Notes under the pieces: generated by a model | What the model saw: only the letters and a program-made list of their open reading frames with translations | Databases searched by the model: none | Told to the model about the DNA's origin: nothing | Assembly: GCF_006345805.1 (NCBI RefSeq) | Contig: NC_042999.1 | Coordinates: 148,490,001-148,554,000, forward strand | DNA from: Octopus sinensis | Taxonomy: Eukaryota | Reading direction: 5' to 3' | DNA length: 64,000 bases | Program-made: the position numbers and the translations under genes | In this document: positions 53,782-64,000 of the stretch, one piece after another | Position numbering within the stretch: position 1 is the first letter of the stretch | Layout of the letters: each line of letters opens with the position of its first letter

Positions 53782-56700
53782 CTAAAATAAACAAAATTAA
53801 AACTAATTAAACACAGGAAACTAGAAGTATTAAAATGAAGAATTTTCCTTTTATCTTTTTGGTACCAACCCACCTCAGACTATGCAAAACTTCTTTTAAA
53901 AATTTTCCTTATCTAAATTAAAAATCTTCCAACCTAATTTTATGTAAGAAATTTATTTTTTTAATTATGTTCCAAACATCAGCCTAATAATGAAAATGTA
54001 GGCTATTTTACTAAATTCCTTCAAATTCTTCATTATTTAGGAAAATACTGAAACATAGTGACTTCCATTAGAAATATGGTTTATAAAAGTGCTACAGAAG
54101 TGATAATTGGAGAACAGCTGATTATATTTCCCTCAGAAATTGATTGATATTTCATTTTATCAACCCCAGAAGGAGTTTTACACCTTGATACTGTCAGTGT
54201 GTGTAGTAAAGGTGCACAGCTTAGAAAACAATATTGGACCCACATGGGTTTGACTCCTGAACTGCGTGTTGTCTCTTTAACACATAATGCATGACAGGCC
54301 ACGATTGTGGCCCAGATAGACATTTAATTTATGGGCGTTTGTTGGGGTATAATGTCACTCAAACGCTTCGATACTCCCCAGAATGCAAGAGGACTAATAG
54401 TTCAACTAATGACTTTTCAGATGATGTAAAACTTGACACCATTATATACTAAGAAGATATTTTAACTATTTTTTTGTTTTTTATACGTGCATGGTAGTCT
54501 CATTTGCATAAAATGTGCTCAGCAGTCCATGCTATGTAAGTGCAAATCCCAGCATTTTATGGGTTAAGCTTGGCCCTAGTTTATTCAGCTGAAAAATGAG
54601 TATCAATTTAGTACTGGTGTAGACTTCTGTACCTCCAGCTCTCGCATCCTTGATGCTCTGCTGAGCATGGATGAGCAGGCTAAGAAAGTGTCTATGGCTG
54701 CTCACAACTACATGAGCTTCTAAAACAATTGGCAAAAGCAAAGTACATGTTCCCAAGTCAATATACACTTGATAGTGATGGCTATGCTTTTGACTTACGT
54801 GTGTGTTTCCTTTGTACATGGATACCAATGGTCAAGTCTACCAAGTTCTCAGTATCAGGTGTAATAATATAACTTACTGCTATTAGTTAGTGGAAGCAGG
54901 GTTGTCGAAAAACATGAATTGTTGGATTGAAGTCATCATCAACATTTCCGTTGTTTTAATGTCAACTTTTCCATGCTTGAATGAGTCAGATTTTCTACAG
55001 TTGGGTGCCCTTCCTGTCACCAGTCCTCACCCTGTTTCCAAGTAAGGTAATATTTCATGGAGAAATATTACCTTTTATATATATATAAAACTGAAAGAGA
55101 CCTATCATATATATACGATAGGCCTCTTTCAGTTTCTATCAACCAAATCTACTTAAAAGTCTTTGGTTGGCCTAGTGCTATAGTAGAAGATACTTGCCCA
55201 AGGTGCCACCCAGTAGGACTCAATTTGAAATGCTGTGGCTAGGAAACAAATTTCTCACTACACAACCACAGCTGCATCTAGTGCTGAGTTCAGCTTTTGT
55301 TGCAACAAGTTACTGCGATAGACCCACATCTTACAAGAAGGTGATTTGTCTCGTTTAATACTAGAGAACTTAGGTAGATATATTGGCCCCTATGGTGTCT
55401 TGTATTTCAAGAAAAGACTAACTTAGCTTCAACTACAGTTTAAAGTTTTCTTTACAAGTGGTAGCTAACCCTATTTATTTATTCCTCAAACTACATGGGG
55501 ACACACATTCAGAGCTTTGGTTTAATTTCTTCAACAAAGTACTTGAGAGGTCCACTTTCTCTTGATAGGAAACTAGTGCCCAGAAGTGCTGACACTAGAC
55601 TCCTACAATTATGTAGAATTAAGTGCCTTGCCTGAATTAGATCAGATTTCATCTTATAATTTGCAAAAGCATGAAGACCAATTAGTCAGATCGCTATGTT
55701 GCTTCTATATATAATTGTATGCGAAAAACGAACCATCTCAATTCTGGCATCTGATAACAAACTAATAAGTTACATTGGTATGATAAGGAACTCTACAGAC
55801 AATATCTTAAAAAACAACAATAGATTTTGTTGTCTTGGAAAGGTCATTGTTGTTTGACCCCATGTCAGACCTATTCAAGATCTATTATTAAAAGGTATTT
55901 CAGCTGTAACAATTGTCTTACTCAATGTAATACTACACTGTTTAATGGGGTCCTGTTTTACCTTTTTTTTTTTTGGATGGCATGTTATGATATGAGGGAG
56001 GTTTGACAGCTCATTTTTAGCAAATTGAGTGAATGCATAGAGGGTTTCTTATTGGTAATTTGATTATGTTTTAAGTCTTAGTATTATTTCCCTGCTAACT
56101 TGTAACACAATGATATACTATATTTATATATATAACTATACATACACCCACAACAGGTATATACACCCATTATTGGTGTCACAATGTATTTCTGTTTTTA
56201 GGACAGAGCATTATTCCTCTAATAACAGAACTTGATCAATTTTATTAAAAAAATCATTACACCCATAACCATACAATTGCATATACCGTAAGAACTTTTT
56301 TTCCGCAAAAACAAGAATAAATTTTAGTGTGTGCATAAATTACATGAGTAGATTGCTTCCAGAAAATTTTAAGAAAATTTTTTTGTTGAAAAACGTAAAC
56401 ATTCATACTGGAAGTTGACTCGTTTAATGTCAGAAAAGGTTTTTACAGAAAAAATATAATGAAGTTGACTTTTATTTATGCTGGATGGTATAATGCTTAC
56501 TTTTTCTGTGTAAATTTACAAAAAAAACATTAAATAGTTAACTACTTTTTGAAGTTTGATGTTCATGCTGGTGATCACAGTCTGGGCCATATTTTACATT
56601 GTTTGGAGTTTCTACTTATCACAATGGAGCCCAGCAATTTTCTTAAATAGACCAGGAAGCTATCGCTCGCTTTCTCCACGTTAGGACAATGAAATTCATC

Positions 56701-59080
56701 ACTGCCAATATCGCCACTACCAGCTCTTATTGCATCTAACGCTGATGACATCATAATTCATCCTTGTGCATGTAAACTCACTAAGTGAATATGACTTAGC
56801 ATTCCTCGAGAAACCTTCATTTACCTTATGCGATGTTTAATGTTGTTTCACATTCATGTTGAATTATGCAGCAATCTTATGTTCTCTTCATAGAACACTT
56901 GTAATGTATGCCTTACCAGTTCTTTTGGTATAGTAGATTTTTGTTATTCTTGTTTATGTCTCCTCACAGACATGTATATTCTAACAAGTCGCTTGTTAAA
57001 TTTTGCACCTCTCTTGTTCAATAAACACTGAGTTAAACTTGCAAAGCTGTTTATTTTCTCCTTTAGATTTTTAATGTTTATTTTAGCGGGTTACCAAACT
57101 ATCAGTTTGTTCTCCCAACTAAAATGGTAATGACAAATTTTGCTTGACATTTTATAAGTATGAAAGGGATTAAAATTTCGATACTCCATATCAAAGGTTC
57201 ACACAAGAATAGGCAGAAAATCAGAGCTTGAGACAAGTAAACACTTTCGACCAATCAAAATTCTGCTTACATAATTAGTTTGATGGATCACTTTCCTCTG
57301 TCAGTTGAGTAAAGTGTCATCCAAACTGATGTTTATTGGTAATTAAACTTGTGCATATTTACCAGCTTTGTTTTTGTTGATAAGAATTATCAACAACTTT
57401 TCCTGTGATCGTGATATGAGAAAAGTACCATCCAAACGTAGTCAATGCCAGTTCTCCCTGACTGGCTCCCATGACGGTGGCTTATAAAAAGCACCCACTA
57501 TACTCTTGGGGTGGTTGGTGTTAGGAAGGGCATCAAGCTGTAGAAACCTTGCCAGAAACTGTCCAACCCATGCCAGCAAGGAAAGCAGACATTAAATGAT
57601 GACGATGATGAAGTAGAAAGGTATTTCTTACTTAAAGAATATCATATGTCATTGATCAGATTGTAGATTCAATCAAAACCTCTGTGATGATATCAAATGT
57701 TATATTATTAACATGATATTACAACAGATGTGAATATAACAGCATGATTCTAATAGGACTCAAACTTATGTTGTCTGTGCTAAGTTGCTATTCAATATTG
57801 AACTGCTGCACCCACGTAAAGCTAAATTTCAATATATGTCACAGTACCACGCAATGGCAAGTGAAACAAAAAGAATTTTCTGTTTACATAAGTGAAATTA
57901 CTAAATTTCTATAATGGTAGATTCTTTGTGTAAAGAAGAAATTAAATCTATACAATGTCAGAATGGAGAGAAGAGGAAAAATGATCAAAGCTGGTTGGAT
58001 TCATTGGAATTATTGGAGAAACAGAATAATTCTTGGTGATAAAAACATCAATATATTTGTTTAGTAGACTGTATCTCAAACATGAATGTAGCTGTGCCAC
58101 ATGAAGAGTACCAGAGCTGGTACCATGTAAAAAAACATCCAGTACACTATAAAGTGGTTGGTGTTAGAGAGGAGATCCAGCTATAGAAACTATGCCAAAA
58201 CAGATGATTGCAGCCTGATGCAGCTCTCTGAATTGCCAGCTCCTTTCAAACTGTCCAATTCATACCAACATGGAAAACAGGCATATGATGATGATGATGA
58301 TGACGACAATTATGAATATACTGGATAGAAAAAAAATTCTCTTGGATGGGAAAAGACAGATTTGAACCATGTATTTACTGTATTGCAGACTCAGTAATAT
58401 GTTTATTCTGAAACAGAAGAGTCAGAAATCAAGCCAATCTAAGCCATGAGAGTGATGATAATGATGTTCCTTATCATGGTGAGCTATATAGAATTTTTAT
58501 CTTTTATCAGATTGAGCTTATAGTCACTTGGTGTCGTTGACTAAATTTGATCAATTTTATTTGATAGGATGGACATATATGAGATAAGTGGGGGCTAGTC
58601 TGAACGCTCACCATCAACTTACAAGTTGTCTGACACAATCTTGGTTATGTTGACGTTTACAATATAAAGTTCAGTGGTCATACAGTTTTCATTGTGGTTC
58701 CTCTTGCCGGAAGATTGAAAAACAATAAACAGGTGGTTTTCATTTCAATGTTTTAACTGTTACATTGAATAGGAGAAGCAATTATGTAACAACCTCTTCA
58801 TTGGTTTGTGATTAAGTATTAAGTAAATTGAGTTGACATTTTTATCCCTTTATCACCTCTGCTTGCCAATTCATTATATTAATTGCTTTTTACATTAATC
58901 ATCCACAACATAGAAGCACTGGAATTTGAAAAACTGCTAAAAGTAAACCTTAGATCATATATCTGACTTCAATTCATGTCTTTGATTGTGAATCCCTAAA
59001 CCAGATCTTAGAAATGTCTTTAAAGTCCTCAAAAGGAACTTGAAAGCCAGTTCCTAGCTCTCCAGAAGGATAAAAGTTAA

Positions 59081-59316
59081 GGCGGTGAGCTGGAAGAATC
59101 GTTAGCACACCGGGTGAAATGCTTAGTGATATTTCGTCTGCCGCTACATTCTGAGTTCAAATTCTGCCGAGGTCGACTTTACCTTTCATCCTTTCGGGGT
59201 TGATTAAATAAGTATCAGTTATGCATTGGGGTAGATATAATCGACTTAATCCGTTTATCTGTCCTTGTTTGTCCCCTCTGTGTGTAGCCCCTCGTGGGCA
59301 GTAAAGAAATAAGAAG
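59081..59316 (+). mobile_element. SINE family S2 copy
   Basis: High similarity to the copy at 63753 over its full length. Confidence 0.85.
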
Positions 59317-62300
59317 GATAAAAATTCTCCCTCAACAGAATGCCACTCTTCCACCAATAAAATGATTTGGTATTCCTGGTAATTATATTAACAAAGGCAT
59401 GTAGAATAAAGTGCCTTGCCTAGAAACACAATGAAAATGTTAACAATGAGAAATTTAGAATTGCTCATGTAATGTTCTATCCACCTAGCCATTTAGCAAC
59501 CACTGTTCTCAAATATTCATACAAAAATCTTGCACGCCAATTATACGTCAATGCAAGATTGTTTTATTGTGTACATATCAAGCTATCTGATTAACTGTCA
59601 AGCAAGTTTTCAGTGTGTTTTATATCTTGTGTGAGTTAACAGTCAAAACACATCAAAGTCAGGGATTAATGGTCGAAATTTCTACACAGACAAGAGAGTG
59701 TACATAATATCAACACTTGACAACCAATTTATTAACTTAATTAGTTTAAAGACATATTTGTGAGTTGAAACAACAACAACAAAATCTAGCTAAGAATGTT
59801 AATAATAATACTAAACAACAATGGTACACAAGTGATTATAAGTGGTGTCTGATTAATCACCAACTTAAAAAGGTTGATTACTCCTAAACTTTGATATGTT
59901 CATGACAATATAAGGATAATAATGATTTCTAAGACAGACAGAAGGCAACAGATGTTGGGAAAGGAACAGTCAATTTAATTTTAAATGCTCAACCAGTGCC
60001 AGTATGGAATGTGGATACGAAATGAAAATGATGATGGTTCAATATCTGATGGGTGATTATTTTGTCAGATCTCAAAAGGATGAAAAATGAAGCCAGTCTT
60101 GGCTGGATTTGAACCCAAAAGCAATGGGACACAAACTAAACATCACAAAGCTTTTTAATTTTTTTTCCATATTGAGTATTTTAAAGATAAACACAAGGAC
60201 ACACATTTGGACAAGAGATCTGTTAATAAAATTGACCCCAAGTAAACCATAGCTGGCAAACAAACACAGCTAAACAGGAAACTACGGAAGTGGCAGTTTT
60301 TCCTCATTGCAAACGTGTGTAACAGCGAAGTAGGGTGTCTTTTACTTTTTTTTTAGTTTTGCTTTTTGACATTGAGTATTTCAAAAATAGACACCAGGAC
60401 ACACATTTTTAGAAGTGAGACTAGTCAATAAAACTGACCCCAGTCAATTCATCCAACTCACTAGATTTAGTATTTGAAGAAAGGTTAACAATAGTGATAG
60501 TTGGGTTTTGACATGTTTCATATAACATCAGAAGTACTTATTTTTCATTTAATATCAATGGTTTAGAATGCGCACTTTTAATTAAGCACTTTCATTCCAT
60601 TTGAGTGCACTTCTGCAACTGAAACAGTTCTTAAGTATTCAAAGTTGCCTATTAGAACCATTTAAAAAAAAATTTAATTAATAACCTCTTATCTTTCATC
60701 TTAACAGTCATGACTACATCCAATTAGATTATACCAAAGATGTACTGAAAAGTTTTGAAAAATCTAAAGCAAAGCTTTTGGCTTGATGTTTCTTCAATGT
60801 TTTCCCTTCTGCTTTTATAACTGATAAGATATAAAAGGAAAAAAAATTACTTCTTTCACTTTTTCTCTTTTGAAGAAACTATCTTTTTTCCATGCTAGAC
60901 TGAGTAGAAAAGAAAAATTGTTTTCTCAACTGCTAACTACTTAATCATGCCAAGTAAGCAAAGTGAGGTAAACAGAAATAAAGAAAAACTTTAAGGAAGC
61001 AACTGATGGTTTACATTGATATCCATCAATTCTGAGATTTGAAATTCATCTGTCTTTGAAATTCATATTTCATAAATGAGGTAAATATCATCATCATTTA
61101 AAGTCCATCTTCCATACTGGCATCAGTTGAACGGTTTGACAGGAGTTAGCAAGCTGGAGGACTGCACCAAGCTCTAGCATCTGTTTTGGCATGGTTTTTA
61201 CAGCTAACCACTTTACAGGGTTTTAATGCCAACCACTTTACAGAGTGGACTAGATGCTTTTTACAAGGAACTGGGTGATCTTTGCTTGGCACTAGGTACT
61301 TTTTACATAGTTATGTGTTTTGATTAAGGATATTATAACAGATGGCTCGGAGAACTTTTAATTATGTGGCCAGTGGTTCAGCAACTTAACCTTTCTGTTA
61401 CCATATTTCTATTGAAACACACTGTCATGGCATCATTTAAAAACAAATAATTTAGTAAAGTAACTGTGTTATTATTAAACTGGAGATTAGAACATAAATA
61501 TGAAATTTTGATGAAAGGTTTTAATTTAGAACTATTGGAAACAAGAATTTTTGTACCCTAGTATCAAAGACAGCCTCAGGTGAGTTGGTATGAAAGGGGT
61601 TACCCTCACTGCTAGGACTGCAGTGATAGAGAATGAAATTTTGTTTAAGAATTTTAACTTTGCTACTAAAGTAAAATGTCTAAATAAATTTTTTTTATGC
61701 TACCATAAGAATCCCTTCCAAGTTTAATTTAGACATTTGGTGGGTAATTACCAAAACAAAATAAAGAGTCAGGAAATAATTTTGACAAAAATAAACAAAC
61801 TAGTATTTTATGAGTAAGAAGAAAATTCTAGGGAAAATCTCTTTTGGGAAGGAAGGTTATAGAATAGCGTAGGTTAGCAAGTTGAAGAAAAGAAGATGCA
61901 ATGAGACATTTTGGGTGCAGTCAGGATGGAAACGGGAAGTGCAAAGGTTGTTATATTAAACAAAGAACAAAAAATGGTTGCACACACACGTGCTTAGGAG
62001 CAAAGGGAAAAGTTCAGACTCAGTTCCAAAACCATCTCAGGAACTCGTGATTAAAAGGAGTGTACACCAAATAGATGAGAAAACTATTGTATGGAGGTGG
62101 GTTGTATCAACCAGCAAATAGTTTCATCTTTGTCATATATATCATTGTGATTAATAATAGTAAAAGAATCCAGTTGTAAAATCATCACTTGTTAAGAAAA
62201 GAAAAATGCCACGAGTAACATATTATTACACATCAGCTGCTGTAAAAGCTGTTTACTGGTACAATTTGTATTAATCATGAAAGTAGGAGAGGAAAATAGA

Positions 62301-62736
62301 TAAGAACTGAAATTACGACGTGAAATGCATAGTAAGTTATTTGTTGGTGGAAAGTTAGTTCACAAGACCAGAAAGCTTTAAACAAGATAAGGTTCAGGGG
62401 AGTTGCACAAACCTCTTACACAAGTATCAACATTGAAAACGTTTGTTAAAACAGACTAGCTTCACAAAATATTAAATGTCAATGTTGAAGGCGTCATCAT
62501 TGATGTCATCATCCGCTGTTGCAATTTCACATTCTACCTCTTGTAAATCTCAATGAATTTATACCAGTTAGGAGAGGGAAAAAAAATTGCAATAGGTGCA
62601 GACATCACAATGTGGTTAAGAAGTTTGCTTTGGAACTATATGTTTATGGTTCAATTCCAAGGCAGACTACAGCCACAAGCTAACCAATATTTTATTTCCT
62701 AAGTGAATTGTTTGATGGTAACTGCGAGAAGTCCCT

Positions 62737-62769
<33 letters not shown>

Positions 62770-63084
62770 ACATGGATGTGTTGAGTCTTTCCCAGCCTTG
62801 ACATCTGTTTGCAGATTAGAAACAAGATCTCTATTCACAAAGTGTCATTGTTTACAGTCTCCATCCCCCACCCCTTCACAAAATAAATGAAACAAGTCCA
62901 GCCATTGTGCTGTTCCTTGTTTGAAGGAACAAGTGAAGTAAGAGCCAGCTTGAAAACAGGTGAGGGGAATGAAGGTGTAAACAAGTGTATCCAACAGTAG
63001 GAAATCTACCTCAACAAGTTTTTGGTTCACTCAGGCAAGTCTAGAAAAGTCAATGATAAAACTATGTAGAAAATGATAATGAGA

Positions 63085-63310
63085 ATGGTAGTGGTGGTGA
63101 TGATGGTGGTGGTAATGATGATGGTGGTGGTGGTGATGATGGTGGTGGTGGTGATGGTAATGATGATGGTGGTGGTGGTGATGGTTATGATGGTGGTGGT
63201 AATGATGGTGGTGGTGGTGGTGATGGTTATGATGGTGGTGGTGATGGTTATGATGGTGGTGGTGGTAATGATGGTGGTGATAGTGGTGGTGGTGGTGATG
63301 ATGATGGTGA
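63085..63310. repeat. Interrupted (GGT/GAT)n triplet repeat
   Basis: Directly visible. Confidence 0.95.
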
Positions 63311-63752
63311 CAAAGTATGTGATCTGGTGTCCATTTCTAGGCAATCTGAATCTTACAATCGATCAGGTTTCAATGCTTAATTGTTATAACCCCCATTTAC
63401 ATCATTTATTCCTCACAAACAAAATGGGGCTATCAACAAGCTGAAGTAGTTTAGTCCCAGATCCACTCTGCCTTTCAGCTCACTGGAGTTGTTAAAAGAG
63501 TACCAACAAAGAATTAAGGTTAATTTAATCCTCAAAATGTTTGGTATTGTGCCTGTGATAGAAATTTTCATTATCCTCCTAATGTTGACTTTTACTGTTC
63601 ATCCCTTCTAAGTGCTAGGACCAAATTGTGCTTTTGTACCAATATAAAAGATCAGTCATCATCAGTATCATCACTATAATATCAAATAGAGAAATAATCA
63701 TCATCATCATCGTCGTCGTCGCCACCACCATCATTATTATTATTATTACAAA

Positions 63753-64000
63753 GGCGGCAAGCTGGCAGAATCGTTAGCACGTCGGGCGAAATGCGTAGCC
63801 GTATTTCGTCTGCCGTTACGTTCTGAGTTCAAATTCTGCCGAGGTCGATTTTGCCTTTCATCCTTTCGGGGTCAATAAATTAAGTACCAGTTATGCACTG
63901 GATCGATGTAATCGACTTAATCCGTTTGTCTGTCCTTGTTTGTCCGCACTATGTTTAGCCCCTTGTGGGTAATAAAGAAACAGGTATTTCACCTGTCGCT
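63753..64000 (+). mobile_element. SINE family S2 (tRNA head with Nin/Deu-domain-like core); runs to the window end
   Basis: GGCGGCAAGCTGGCAGAATCG head, GAGTTCAAATTC B-box, core GCCTTTCATCCTTTCGGGGTCAATAAATTAAGTACCAG resembling the Nin domain. Other copies at 59081-59316, ~8305-8510, ~22365-22560 and 44800-46345. Confidence 0.8.

Noticed and set aside
56575-56754. 59-aa minus-strand ORF (MMSSALDAIRAGSGD...)
   Set aside because: No SH3 similarity and no recognisable donor; more likely a transposon remnant.
53782-64000. First SH3 exon or start codon of Csk
   Set aside because: No AKYNF/DLPF-like segment with splice sites was found by eye; it is probably beyond the window.

Overview
AT-rich, repeat-dense eukaryotic DNA. 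The SINE/LINE/microsatellite landscape matches what I know of octopus (coleoid cephalopod) genomes; that assignment is recognition, not a database result. The window holds most of one minus-strand gene, a C-terminal Src kinase (Csk): second half of SH3, SH2 and a complete tyrosine kinase domain, with the stop at 5645-5647. I could not find the first coding exon(s), which probably lie beyond 64000. Main discovery: the gene carries two paralogous, intact, only ~48% identical SH2 exons (A 49910-50135, B 42467-42686). Both start in phase 2 and end in phase 0, so including both or neither shifts the frame, which is the signature of mutually exclusive exons that swap the phosphotyrosine-reading module of Csk. 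Both have weak donors, unlike every constitutive exon. A 12-nt intronic inverted repeat could mask the exon A acceptor. The introns also contain several long hairpins, MITEs, tRNA-derived and RTE-tailed SINEs, RTE LINE fragments and an internally deleted mariner. No RNA genes, CRISPR arrays or prokaryotic features were found.
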